The position numbers and the translations under genes are program-made. DNA of 64,000 bases, from NCBI GenBank assembly GCA_963713825.1, contig CAVQNG010000001.1:128001-192000 (forward strand). Reading direction: 5' to 3'. The stretch is from an uncultured Acidobacteriota bacterium (GTDB taxonomy: Bacteria; Acidobacteriota; Thermoanaerobaculia; Multivoradales; JAHEKO01). The notes beneath the pieces were generated by a model, which saw only the letters and a list, made by a program, of their open reading frames with translations, ran no database searches and was not told where the DNA came from. Shown here one piece after another: positions 36,971 through 46,810 of this stretch (positions within the stretch are counted from its first letter, which is position 1; each line of letters opens with the position of its first letter).

Positions 36971-38766
36971 AGCGCCGTGGAGCGGGAACGATATCGGCCG
37001 CAGATGTGGGTGACCGGGTCAGGCTGCAGGCTTGGGTTCGCCGCCGGCGAGACCTGGGCGGCCTTATCTTTCTGCAGCTCAGAGACTACTCCGGAGTTGT
37101 TCAGGTGGTGGTCCGGCCCGACGAGCAGCCTGAAGTCGCCAAGAACCTCGATGCCGTGCGGCTCGAATGGGTGGTGGATGTCGAAGGGGTGGTCGAGAAT
37201 CGCACGCCGGAGAACATCAACCCGGAAATGGCGACCGGCGAGATCGAGGTGATCCTGGAGCGGGCGGAGATTCTCTCCCGGTCGGAACCTCTTCCCTTCG
37301 CAGTCGATGGGGAAGTCGACGCCACCGAAGAGACACGACTTCGATATCGCTTTCTCGATCTGCGCCGACAGGAGTTGCAGAGCAATCTGAGGCTGCGGCA
37401 CAAGGTCACCCTGGAGGTCTTGGAGCATTTCGACGAGCGGGGGTTCATCAACGTCGAGACGCCGATTCTGACTCGTTCGACTCCCGAAGGGGCGAGAGAC
37501 TATCTGGTTCCGAGCCGGGTTCATCCCCGGTCGTTCTACGCCCTGCCGCAGTCCCCGCAGCTTTTCAAGCAGATTCTCATGGTGTCCGGCCTGGACCGGT
37601 ATGTTCAGATCGCCCGCTGCTTCCGGGACGAAGATCTGCGCGCCGACCGTCAGCCCGAATTCACCCAGGTCGATGTCGAAATGTCGTTTCCGACAGAGGA
37701 CGAGATCTTCGAGCTCATCGAGAGTCTGTTTGCCAGGATCTTTCCCATCGCCGGCATCGAGCCCGAGGTACCGTTCCCAAGGATGACCTATGAAGAGGCC
37801 ATGCGGCGATTTGGGACGGATCGCCCGGATCTGCGATTCGGGCTGGAGATCGGCGATCTCACCGGCCTTTTGGCGGCAAGCGAATTCCGCGGCTTCCGTC
37901 AGACCGCGGCCGATGGCGGAGTCATCCGGGGGATCAGGGTACCCGCGGCTGCGGGTAGCAGCCGGCGGCTGATCGAGGGGTGGGCCCAGCTGGCTCGAGA
38001 TCATGGTGCCGCCGGGGTGTTGACGCTCAAGAAGACCGACGGCGAGCTACAGTTTCAGGTCAAGGGCGTGCTGAGCCAGGAGGAGATGGGTGCCGTCGCC
38101 GAGCGTCTGGGAATCGCTGATGGCGACTTGGGACTGATTGTGGCCGGGCCCAGTTCGGTAGCGTCTGCAGCCCTGGGCGCCGTTCGTTTGAGCGCTGCTC
38201 GAGAGCTCGATCTGGTGCCGGCCGATCAGCACGCCTTCGTCTGGGTTACTGAGTTTCCCCTGCTCGACTGGGACGAGGATTCGCAACGCTGGTACGCCTG
38301 CCACCATCCGTTCACGAGCCCCGATCCGAGAGATATCGATCGTCTCGAGACCGACCCAGGTAGTGTTCGCTCTAGAGCTTACGATGTCGTCATGAACGGT
38401 CTGGAGCTCGGGGGGGGATCCATCAGAATTCACGACAGCGATGTGCAGCAACGGGCCTTCGCCGCTTTGGGGATTGGGGCGGAGGAGGCTCGAGAGCGCT
38501 TCGGCTTCTTATTGGATGCGCTGCGCTATGGTGCGCCGCCTCACGGTGGTCTGGCCTTGGGCCTGGACAGGATCATCATGGTGATGGCCGGTGCCTCCTC
38601 GATCAGGGATGTCATCGCTTTTCCGAAGACGACCTCGGCTACCTGCCTGATGACCGAGGCCCCTTCACCGGTCGATGCCGCGCAACTCGCGGAGCTGGGA
38701 ATCGCCCCGGCCGATGCCGGGGAATCGAAAGAGCCTGAAGAGCAACCGGAAGACCCGGAATCTTGA
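36967..38766 (+). CDS. aspS: Aspartate--tRNA ligase
   Basis: RDLGGLIF, RLRYRFLDLR, TPEGARDY, LPQSPQLFKQ, FRDEDLRADRQPEFTQ, GAPPHGG. Confidence 0.97.
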   Translation: MKRRGAGTISAADVGDRVRLQAWVRRRRDLGGLIFLQLRDYSGVVQVVVRPDEQPEVAKNLDAVRLEWVVDVEGVVENRTPENINPEMATGEIEVILERAEILSRSEPLPFAVDGEVDATEETRLRYRFLDLRRQELQSNLRLRHKVTLEVLEHFDERGFINVETPILTRSTPEGARDYLVPSRVHPRSFYALPQSPQLFKQILMVSGLDRYVQIARCFRDEDLRADRQPEFTQVDVEMSFPTEDEIFELIESLFARIFPIAGIEPEVPFPRMTYEEAMRRFGTDRPDLRFGLEIGDLTGLLAASEFRGFRQTAADGGVIRGIRVPAAAGSSRRLIEGWAQLARDHGAAGVLTLKKTDGELQFQVKGVLSQEEMGAVAERLGIADGDLGLIVAGPSSVASAALGAVRLSAARELDLVPADQHAFVWVTEFPLLDWDEDSQRWYACHHPFTSPDPRDIDRLETDPGSVRSRAYDVVMNGLELGGGSIRIHDSDVQQRAFAALGIGAEEARERFGFLLDALRYGAPPHGGLALGLDRIIMVMAGASSIRDVIAFPKTTSATCLMTEAPSPVDAAQLAELGIAPADAGESKEPEEQPEDPES

Positions 38767-39863
38767 CCCGTTACGACCTGCGGCTGCGACATCCTTCGGG
38801 CGAGACTCCGATCTCGGTCGGGGATGGAGTCCTTGCTGACGGGTCAGGTGACCTCCAGGAATGGGTGCGGCAACGCCGTGTTTTCGTGATCAGCTCGCCG
38901 AGCGTTCTGGAGCTTCACTCTGCGGCGCTGGTGTCCCTTTCCGAACAAGCAGGTGGCTGGCACATTCTCGAGGTTCCGGATGGTGAGGACGCCAAGAGCG
39001 TCGATGTTGCGGCCGACCTGTGGGCCAGGATGCTCGAGGCGGGGGGAAAGCGAGATAGTGGAGTCATCGCTTTCGGTGGAGGGAGTGTTGGAGATCTCGG
39101 CGGATTCGTCGCTGGGTGCTTCATGCGGGGCCTCGAATACGTTCAGCTGCCGACGACCCTCCTGGCGCAGGTCGATGCAGCCGTTGGTGGCAAGACCGCT
39201 GTCAATCTGCCGCAGGCCAAGAACAGCGTTGGCTCGTTTCATCACCCCGCGCTCGTGTTAGCAGAGACGCGTTTTCTGAAGACACTTCCGCACGCAGAGT
39301 TGCGCTCGGGCTTGATGGAAGTCCTCAAGATGGCAGTCATTTGCGATGCGGAGCTCTTTTCGGTGCTAGAGCGAGATCTGGATCGTCTGCTGGAGGGCGA
39401 TGCTGCCCTGTTGGCCCCGGTCGTGGCTGCTGCTGTCCGCGGGAAGATCGACATTGTCGAACGGGATCCGCTAGAAGCTGGCGAGCGGATGCTGTTGAAC
39501 CTGGGACATACCCTGGGGCACGCGCTCGAGGCCAGCCTCGACTACCAGTCACTTCGGCACGGTGAGGCGGTTGGGTACGGCATCCTCTTCGCCGTTCGAT
39601 TGGCAGCGCAACGAGGGTTCTCGGAGGAGACAGCCGGGCGTATCCGCGAGTTGGTGGAGCGATTCGATCTGCCGCGGATTCAAGCCCCCGACGCCGATAC
39701 GTTGCTGCGGCTGATCGGACGAGACAAGAAGGTCGGCGAGGGGGGGTGGCGCTGGGTTCTGCCAGTCGAGCTAGGCAACTGTGAAGTCGTTTCCGGCCTT
39801 GCCGAATCAGCAGTCAGGCACGAGCTCGAGGTCTTTCTAGCCGAGCTCGAGACTACTTCGTAA
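38763..39863 (+). CDS. aroB: 3-dehydroquinate synthase
   Basis: GGGSVGDLGGF, PTTLLAQVDAAVGGKT, KN.VG, LNLGHTLGHALE, HGEAV. Confidence 0.96.
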   Translation: MTRYDLRLRHPSGETPISVGDGVLADGSGDLQEWVRQRRVFVISSPSVLELHSAALVSLSEQAGGWHILEVPDGEDAKSVDVAADLWARMLEAGGKRDSGVIAFGGGSVGDLGGFVAGCFMRGLEYVQLPTTLLAQVDAAVGGKTAVNLPQAKNSVGSFHHPALVLAETRFLKTLPHAELRSGLMEVLKMAVICDAELFSVLERDLDRLLEGDAALLAPVVAAAVRGKIDIVERDPLEAGERMLLNLGHTLGHALEASLDYQSLRHGEAVGYGILFAVRLAAQRGFSEETAGRIRELVERFDLPRIQAPDADTLLRLIGRDKKVGEGGWRWVLPVELGNCEVVSGLAESAVRHELEVFLAELETTS

Positions 39864-40017
39864 CAGCCCAGATCCGAACCATCGGAGAAGCTGGCTACTG
39901 TGAAATGTGGCACGGGAGGGACCCTTGCCCCGGGGCTATAATCGGCTCGGCGATGCGGCTCGAAGCCCGTTCGATGGTTCGGGTCGGCCCTGGCACGTGG
40001 TGAAAGGTAACCGGGAA

Positions 40018-41781
40018 ATGGCATCTTTTCTCAGCATATTCAAGCGCTTGAAGCTGCGCCATTTCCTGTTCGCTCTGCTCCTTTTGGCCGGCATCATTCC
40101 GCTCGCCTTCAGCAGCTTTCTCGTCATTCGCCAGAATCGGGAGATCCTCGAGACTCAGGAGAAGGGCTACCTGACGCGATCGACGCAGTTCCTCTCAGTG
40201 GAGCTGGACAATCACCTCGCCTCGACGCGGCGCCAGTTGATGCAATTGGGCCAAGGTCTGGTCGCGATCCCTTCGAAGTCGGGTATGTCCGACAAGCTCC
40301 GTCAACCCTGGGTCCAGGAGTACCTCCGTGAGTTTCTCTCCACGGATCCGAATCTGGTGGGGCTTCGTGTTCTGGGAACCGACGGTGTAGGGCCCTATAT
40401 CGCCGCGATCCGACAATCACCGGGTTTGAGAGCGCAGCTCGACGGAGCTTTCGCGGAAGCGGAACAAGTAAACCTTGTCGTCTATCGCTTCCTGACACTC
40501 GAAGAGACCGCGGACCCGGTCGCAGTTCTGGCGGTGCCCATTGTCGACTCGAGCGGGCAGCTGCAGCTCTTCGTCGAGGGAGTGACCCGCCTTCGAAGGA
40601 TGGAAACGCTCTTTCAGCAAGAGGCTCGGGGCGAGGTGTCGGTCTTTCTGATCGACAACCAGGGCAGCATTCTGTGGGGTGGGGAGGCGACCGAGGAAAT
40701 GCGCCGTGCGGTGCGCCGATCTCGCCTCGTTCGCGACTTCGTTCAGACCCCATTGAACATGACCCAGGAGTACTCGGTGGTCTCTGATGGGCATGAGGAG
40801 AGGATGCTGGGTAGGGTCGGCCCTGTCGAGGAAGCGGGTTGGGGCGTCGTGATGCAGCGGCCAGCAGCCATCGCATTGGCCGCTGTACAGGAAATGGTCT
40901 TCAACACCGCGGTCTCCACGGCAGTGCTGATCGCGTTTGCACTGGGTATCGCCGTCGCCGCGGCTCGAGGAGTGAGTCGACCGATTCAGGAGCTGGCCGA
41001 TACCACGCATCAGATCGCGGCTGGAAACTTCGGTCAGCGCGTCGAGTTGGGAGTAGCCAGTCAGGAGATCAGGGAGCTGGCCGACGACTTCAATCGCATG
41101 AGCGATCATGTGCGCAGTCATGTCGAGCAGCTCAAGCGGGCGGCGCAGATCAACCGGGACCTGTTCGTCGGCTCGATGCGGTCCTTCGTGGCGGCGATCG
41201 ATGCCAAGGATCCCTATACTCGGGGTCACTCCGAGCGGGTCGCAGCTTACAGTCGAACCATCTCGAAGTTCCTGGGTCTGTCGGAGGAAGATCGTCATCA
41301 GATCTGGGTTGGAGCCCTGCTCCACGATGTCGGCAAGATCGGTATCGAGGACCAGATTCTGACCAAGGTCGATAGACTGACGGATGCAGAGTACGACGTG
41401 ATGAAACAGCATACGGTCATCGGTGCACAGATCATGAGTCGAATCGAGCAGCTCAAGGAGATGATCCCGGCGATTCGTTGGCATCACGAAGCCTGGAACG
41501 GTGAGGGTTACCCGGATGGCCTGCAAGGCGATCAGATTCCCCTGTCGGCACGCATCGTCGCGGTGGCCGATACCTTCGATGCCATCACCACCAACCGCCC
41601 GTATCAGACGGCTTACGATACGGCCTTTGCAGTCGAGACCATTACCAAGCTGGCGGGGAAACGCTTCGATGTCGATGTGGTCTCGGCTTTCCACCGTGCG
41701 TTCGAAGCCGGTCAGATCAAGAAGCGGGAAGTGCCGTTGCCAGTTGCTCCTGCTGATGACAAAGCAGCCGTCGCCAACTGA
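40018..41781 (+). CDS. Membrane sensor (Cache-like) + HAMP + HD-GYP cyclic dinucleotide phosphodiesterase
   Basis: Two TM helices, HAMP (PIQEL..EIRELA.DFNRM), DAKDPYTRGHSERV, LHDVGKIG, HHEAWNGEGYPDGL. Confidence 0.92.
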   Translation: MASFLSIFKRLKLRHFLFALLLLAGIIPLAFSSFLVIRQNREILETQEKGYLTRSTQFLSVELDNHLASTRRQLMQLGQGLVAIPSKSGMSDKLRQPWVQEYLREFLSTDPNLVGLRVLGTDGVGPYIAAIRQSPGLRAQLDGAFAEAEQVNLVVYRFLTLEETADPVAVLAVPIVDSSGQLQLFVEGVTRLRRMETLFQQEARGEVSVFLIDNQGSILWGGEATEEMRRAVRRSRLVRDFVQTPLNMTQEYSVVSDGHEERMLGRVGPVEEAGWGVVMQRPAAIALAAVQEMVFNTAVSTAVLIAFALGIAVAAARGVSRPIQELADTTHQIAAGNFGQRVELGVASQEIRELADDFNRMSDHVRSHVEQLKRAAQINRDLFVGSMRSFVAAIDAKDPYTRGHSERVAAYSRTISKFLGLSEEDRHQIWVGALLHDVGKIGIEDQILTKVDRLTDAEYDVMKQHTVIGAQIMSRIEQLKEMIPAIRWHHEAWNGEGYPDGLQGDQIPLSARIVAVADTFDAITTNRPYQTAYDTAFAVETITKLAGKRFDVDVVSAFHRAFEAGQIKKREVPLPVAPADDKAAVAN

Positions 41782-41805
41782 TCGTCCTCCCCGCAAGTCT
41801 CCGCC

Positions 41806-42168
41806 ATGCCCTTCCAGTACGTTCTGGCGAATCTGCTGGCTGATAATCCCGATGCCGAGGCGGCCCTGTTTCTGGACGACGCCGGCGAGACCGTGGATTT
41901 TGCCTGCGCCGATCAAAGTCCTTTCGAGATGCGTCTTCTCGGGGCCTACCTGGGTATCTACCTCAGATTGATCGGCGAGATGATCTCCGGGGCCGAGCTA
42001 GGGGCCACCCGGCTCTTCCATATCGAGAGAGCGCGCCATCATCTACACCTCATCGCCCTGCCTGACGGTTACTACTTGGTCTTGGTGCAGAGTCGGCCTG
42101 CCATGGTGGGGAAGGCTCGCTGGAGCCTGCAGGCCGCCGCTGAGCAGCTGAAGTCAGAGATCTTCTGA
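41806..42168 (+). CDS. Roadblock/LC7 (MglB-like) domain protein
   Basis: 120 aa; MPFQ..L..L....AALFLD..GETVD..DGYYLVLV...G.A...L..AA pattern. Confidence 0.65.
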   Translation: MPFQYVLANLLADNPDAEAALFLDDAGETVDFACADQSPFEMRLLGAYLGIYLRLIGEMISGAELGATRLFHIERARHHLHLIALPDGYYLVLVQSRPAMVGKARWSLQAAAEQLKSEIF

Positions 42169-42217
42169 GCTCTCCTTGCATCCCCCGTGAGGTCGGGATC
42201 GGATAGCATTCGTTCCC

Positions 42218-43186
42218 ATGAATGACGAGGACACTCTCGATCTAGCGCCCGAGACGGCTCCTGCCGAGACTGAGAAATCGGGCTTCTGGGGCAAGCTGAA
42301 GAAGGGTCTGTTCATGACCCACACAGAGTTTCTGGATCGGTTGGACGCGGCCGTGGAAGGCCGCGGAATCATGGATGAAGAGACCTTGGAGCATCTGGAG
42401 GAGACTCTCATCGGCACCGACTTGGGAGTCGAGACGGCCCTCGAGTTGATCGACTCGGTCAAGGATCGGGTCAAGGGCTTCGAATCAAAGGACGTTCTCA
42501 AGCTTCGGCAGATGCTCGTCGATGAGATGGCTATCCTCCTTCTGGATGCGCCCCAGCCGACCGCCAGAGACGATCGGCCGACGGTCACGCTCGTGGTCGG
42601 CGTCAATGGCGTTGGCAAGACGACATCGGTAGCCAAGTTGGCGCGGTGGTCGCAGGAGCGGGGTCAGCGAGTCGTGATGGCGGCAGCGGACACGTATCGC
42701 GCCGCGGCTGTCGAGCAGCTTTCTTTGTGGGGTGAGCGGCTCGGGGTGGACGTCATCAGACAGGCTGCTGGAGCCGACCCGGCAGCCGTGGTCTTCGACG
42801 CCTTGCAGGCAGCGAAGGCTCGTCAGGCCAATCATGTGATCGTCGACACGGCGGGCCGTCTGCACAACAAAGAGCATCTGATGGAGGAGCTCGCCAAGAT
42901 CAAGCGGGTCGTCGATCGCGAGGCGGCCGATTGGGACCGCCGGACGCTCCTCGTGCTCGATGCGACGACCGGACAGAACGCCATCAGCCAGGCTCGGGAG
43001 TTCACCCGCGTCGTGGATGTGGATGGGGTGCTGCTGGCCAAGATCGATGGCACGGCCAAGGGAGGCATGGCAGTGGCAGTGGCGCGTGATCTCCGCCTGC
43101 CGGTGGTCTATCTCGGAGTCGGCGAGACGGCCGACGACCTCATTGAATTCAGGCCTCGAGACTTCGCCAAGGCACTATTGGGCTGA
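42218..43186 (+). CDS. ftsY: Signal recognition particle receptor
   Basis: GVNGVGKTTS, DTYRAAA, DTAGRLH, DATTGQNA, KIDGTAKGG. Confidence 0.97.
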   Translation: MNDEDTLDLAPETAPAETEKSGFWGKLKKGLFMTHTEFLDRLDAAVEGRGIMDEETLEHLEETLIGTDLGVETALELIDSVKDRVKGFESKDVLKLRQMLVDEMAILLLDAPQPTARDDRPTVTLVVGVNGVGKTTSVAKLARWSQERGQRVVMAAADTYRAAAVEQLSLWGERLGVDVIRQAAGADPAAVVFDALQAAKARQANHVIVDTAGRLHNKEHLMEELAKIKRVVDREAADWDRRTLLVLDATTGQNAISQAREFTRVVDVDGVLLAKIDGTAKGGMAVAVARDLRLPVVYLGVGETADDLIEFRPRDFAKALLG

Positions 43187-43187
43187 A

Positions 43188-44123
43188 ATGCGGTGGACGT
43201 CGCAACCTCCCGATCCGTTGCATTGCTGGGTCGGTCTCACCCCCCGATCGTGGCCTGGAGATCCAGGTTTGTGGGTCGATCTGGCCCGTGGAGCGCTCGG
43301 GACTGCTTCTGGGACTCGCCGCGAAGTACCCGTGCAATGGGATGCCGAGTTTCCGGATGAAGTTGTGTATCTGCCACCTGTTTGCGAGGCGCAGGAGGGT
43401 CAGCGAACACGACTTGCCACCTCTCTAACGGAACATGGTGTTCCTGTTCTCCTGCAGCGACCCGTGGGTCCCGCCGCGGGAGGTGCCGCAGATTCGGTTG
43501 TCTTCGACCCTCTCGAGGTTCTCCTGGCTGGTAATTTGGACTTGCTGGGCGGACTTCCACCCGCCTCGAAGGTTGTATGGCCATTGATCTCTGGTCTAAC
43601 CGACGACCGAACCCGCTGGGTGGAAGGGCTCGCCGCACTCGAAGCGGCCGGGGTGGGGCACGTACAACCGTTAGCCTTGGACCTGCAACCGGCGGACAAG
43701 CGCCGGCTTGTCGAGAAAGCTGGTGAAAAGGTCTTCCACGCCCTGTTTCACAGCGAGCAGCCTTCGGAACGGGCGTTTTCGAGACTGGCTGCGGAGCGAG
43801 GCTTCGGGCCCTTTCTGCCGCGGTCATTGCCGGCAGCCGGTGCGAAGCGCCAGAATCAACGCCTCTCCGAACAGCTGGCCACGGCCGGAGAGCTCTGGCT
43901 GAGGGTCGGCCGCTCGGAATCGGGAGGACAGGATCTGTATCGATCGGCCCGGTTGATCGATCGCGAGGGACACGATCTCTCAACTCTCTGTCGAGAGGGC
44001 AACCTGGGAGTATTCCCTTGGCTCGACCCACTGAGCTCCCAGGTGATCACCGAGTTCGTGACCACGGGTACAGCAACTCTCGTTCGGGAGCTGGAAGCAG
44101 AGTACCTGGAGTATTCGACCTAG
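43188..44123 (+). CDS. Hypothetical protein: degenerate radical-SAM-like segment plus PolX N-terminal HhH-like C-terminus
   Basis: PLISGLTDD..L.AAGV segment; C-terminal NQRLSEQL..LYRSARLID...L..L..EGNL...VITEFVTTG; no CxxxCxxC. Confidence 0.5.
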   Translation: MRWTSQPPDPLHCWVGLTPRSWPGDPGLWVDLARGALGTASGTRREVPVQWDAEFPDEVVYLPPVCEAQEGQRTRLATSLTEHGVPVLLQRPVGPAAGGAADSVVFDPLEVLLAGNLDLLGGLPPASKVVWPLISGLTDDRTRWVEGLAALEAAGVGHVQPLALDLQPADKRRLVEKAGEKVFHALFHSEQPSERAFSRLAAERGFGPFLPRSLPAAGAKRQNQRLSEQLATAGELWLRVGRSESGGQDLYRSARLIDREGHDLSTLCREGNLGVFPWLDPLSSQVITEFVTTGTATLVRELEAEYLEYST

Positions 44124-44500
44124 CCCGGGATCCTCGCCACCAGATCGATCTCTACGAGCCCACCCATCGGCAGGGCCGCGACCTGCACCGTCGAGCGCGC
44201 CGGCCGGTGCTCGCCCAGTGTTTCGCCATAGAGGGCGTTGAGCGTCGGGAAGTCGCCCATGTCGACGATGTAGATGGTCGCCTTGAGAACATCGGAGAAA
44301 GTGCAGCCGGCACTCGAAAGAACCTCGGTCAAGTTGGCCAGAACCTGTTTGGCCTGGGCTTCGAAGCCTCCTTCGACGATCGTGCCGGTCGAGGGATCGA
44401 GGGCGATCTGTCCGGAGGTGAAAAGCCAATCGCCCTGGCTTACGGCCTGAGCGTAGGGTCCAATAGCAGCCGGCGCGTCATCGGTGTGGTGGAATTGCAT
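44120..44500 (-). CDS. RidA/YjgF family enamine deaminase
   Basis: APAAIGPYAQA, SGQIALDP, PARSTVQVAALP, VEID. Confidence 0.93.
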   Translation of the reverse strand: MQFHHTDDAPAAIGPYAQAVSQGDWLFTSGQIALDPSTGTIVEGGFEAQAKQVLANLTEVLSSAGCTFSDVLKATIYIVDMGDFPTLNALYGETLGEHRPARSTVQVAALPMGGLVEIDLVARIPG

Positions 44501-44550
44501 GGGGTTGCCCTCCTGTCGAGTGGGTCGGATCGGCGCCGCAGATCAGGCGC

Positions 44551-45126
44551 TCATGATTGAGTGTCGCTGGGCTCGGGATCCTGGTTAGCGTCGTCGGCGA
44601 GAGCGCCGATAAAGGGCAGGTTCCGATAGCGCTCATCGAAGTCGAGACCATAGCCCACGACGAAGACGTTACCGATCTGGAAGCCCGAATAGTCGATGGG
44701 AACTTCGACTTCGCGGGCCTCGATCTTGTCCAAGAGAGCGCAGAGCTTGACGCTCTTGGCGCCACGAAACCGCAGCAGGTCCAGGATCGTCCGCAAGGTA
44801 TAGCCGGTGTCGACGATGTCTTCGATCAGAAGCACGTCACGGTCGCGAATGAATAGATCCAGATCCTTGCGGATTCTCACCTCACCCCTGGCGCTGGTGC
44901 CAACGTAGCTGGAGGTTTGGAAGAAGTCGACGGCGACAGGAACCTCGACCTGTTTCAGTAGATCGACCATGAAAAAGACGGAGCCCTTGAGCACGCCTAT
45001 GCAGACCAGAAGCTCGGTGTCGGCGTAGTCACGGTTGATCTCCTTGGCCAGTTCGGCGACCCGCGCTTCCAGGCTATCGCGGGAAATCAGGACTGTGGGA
45101 GACGTCGCAGTGTTTTGAATGCTCAT
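44551..45126 (-). CDS. hpt: Hypoxanthine phosphoribosyltransferase
   Basis: VLKGSVFF..DL, VLLIEDIVDTGYTL, FVVGYGLD..ERYRNLPFI. Confidence 0.95.
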   Translation of the reverse strand: MSIQNTATSPTVLISRDSLEARVAELAKEINRDYADTELLVCIGVLKGSVFFMVDLLKQVEVPVAVDFFQTSSYVGTSARGEVRIRKDLDLFIRDRDVLLIEDIVDTGYTLRTILDLLRFRGAKSVKLCALLDKIEAREVEVPIDYSGFQIGNVFVVGYGLDFDERYRNLPFIGALADDANQDPEPSDTQS

Positions 45127-45158
45127 GACGTAGAATCAGCCGGAACCCGGAGGGTAAC

Positions 45159-46808
45159 ATGGTCGAGCGCGACGTCAATCCCCTCGCAGGCCGTCATAGG
45201 GCCTTGTCCGTGCGGTTCAAGGCCGCATGGGCGTTTCACCAGCTCCTGGTCGGAATGCACCGGACGCAGATTCTGGAGCAATTCGACGACAGGTCCGGGG
45301 CGTTCAAGAGTGCCTTCGAGACCTTGAAGAAGGCCTCGGAAGAGCTCGAAGGAGCGGCCACCTCGGACTCCTCGGTCGTGCCGGCCCTGCTGGACACCCT
45401 GGAAACGCAGGTGAGCGATCTGGAGGCGAGCCTGGCCCGGACCGAAGGGTCGATCTCGCCGTCTCATGTGCGCCAGTTCTTCCAGCAGGTGCGCTCGTTC
45501 GACGAGCGGATCCTGATCGACATCATTCGCTTCTATCAGTGCATCGAAGGACTTGGGGAGTGGGACAAGGACCGGTTGGACAAGGCCGATCTCGTAGTCA
45601 GTCGGCTCGCGGAGTCCATCGCCGGTACGGAGCTGCAAGGAGATCGGACCCGCCTGAGGAAGGTCCTACAGGCCCTGGCGGTGGCGGATGGTGATCCCGA
45701 CACCGAGGAAGTCGCCGAAATTACGAGCCTCAGTGCGACTTTGCAGGATCTCCGCTCGGAGGTGAGGTGGGTCAAGACCTTTGATGAGCTGCATGAGAGC
45801 AAGCTGGTGCAGCTGTATCGGGCCCTGAAGCACGACATGGGACACAAGCTCTTCCACCCCAATCTTCTGCCTCTGGTAGCGGATGTCAACAATGCCTTCA
45901 AGCACAAGGTCGACGAGCTACGCGAACTGGAAGAGGACAAGATCGTCAGCGGATACCGGACCTTCCTGCAGGGCCCCGAGAAGCCAGCCGCAGGTGGCCC
46001 CGAGTTGGACGTGGCCTTGGCTGGCTTGCAGCGCCAGCTCGATGATTTTGAAACCCGGGCGAGAACCGAGAATGTTCGATTGGACGAGCTCGCAACCCTG
46101 GGAAAGAGTCTCAAGGATGTGAGTCGGAGGTTTCAGGACCGCTTCACCTCAGCTGAGGTCGAGGTCGGTTCGAGCCCGGCAGTCAAGAGTGCAGCAAGCG
46201 CCCGTCCGCGTGCGGCAGCGGCCGAAGCGCTGATGCCAAATCTCGATGCGGTGCAGCCGTTCTGGGATGAGCTGATGGCGGCGTTTGCAGGCTTGGGTTC
46301 CGATCTCGACCCTAGGAGTGCGAGCACCCAGGGAGCCGTCTTGAAATATCGGCTGGAGCCTCGGGAGGTCGCTGCGTTTCAATCTCTCGGAGGGGAGGTG
46401 CGGACCGGGTCTGGTCTGGAGCAGTTCGTCTTGGCTGCCGTGGCCCTTCGGCGCTGTATCAGCAGTGTGGTGGATGACATTCAGGGTGCCTTGAGCGAGG
46501 CTCCTGGCACAACACCCGATACAGTGCTCGAAGAAGCGAAGCGCGTCTCCAAGGTGGGGGATGCCTATCTCAAGCACTTCTCCCATCTCGTGGATTCAGC
46601 GGTGTTCGACGGAGATTTGGAGGCCGCCAGGACATTCCAGGTACTCAAGATGCGCTTCATGCGTGAATACTCCGGCTTGTTGAACCTGATCCCGCGCCTC
46701 TCGACGCAGGCCTCCCTCGATGCGGCGGGCTTGCCGATCGAAACAGAGAATGTGGACGGTCTGTCTGCCGGCTCTTTTCAGAATCAGCCACCCAGCAAAG
46801 GCGACTAG
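45159..46808 (+). CDS. Hypothetical helical/coiled-coil protein
   Basis: 549-aa ORF with GGAGG RBS and host-like codon usage; no recognised motif. Confidence 0.7.
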   Translation: MVERDVNPLAGRHRALSVRFKAAWAFHQLLVGMHRTQILEQFDDRSGAFKSAFETLKKASEELEGAATSDSSVVPALLDTLETQVSDLEASLARTEGSISPSHVRQFFQQVRSFDERILIDIIRFYQCIEGLGEWDKDRLDKADLVVSRLAESIAGTELQGDRTRLRKVLQALAVADGDPDTEEVAEITSLSATLQDLRSEVRWVKTFDELHESKLVQLYRALKHDMGHKLFHPNLLPLVADVNNAFKHKVDELRELEEDKIVSGYRTFLQGPEKPAAGGPELDVALAGLQRQLDDFETRARTENVRLDELATLGKSLKDVSRRFQDRFTSAEVEVGSSPAVKSAASARPRAAAAEALMPNLDAVQPFWDELMAAFAGLGSDLDPRSASTQGAVLKYRLEPREVAAFQSLGGEVRTGSGLEQFVLAAVALRRCISSVVDDIQGALSEAPGTTPDTVLEEAKRVSKVGDAYLKHFSHLVDSAVFDGDLEAARTFQVLKMRFMREYSGLLNLIPRLSTQASLDAAGLPIETENVDGLSAGSFQNQPPSKGD

Positions 46809-46810
46809 GA

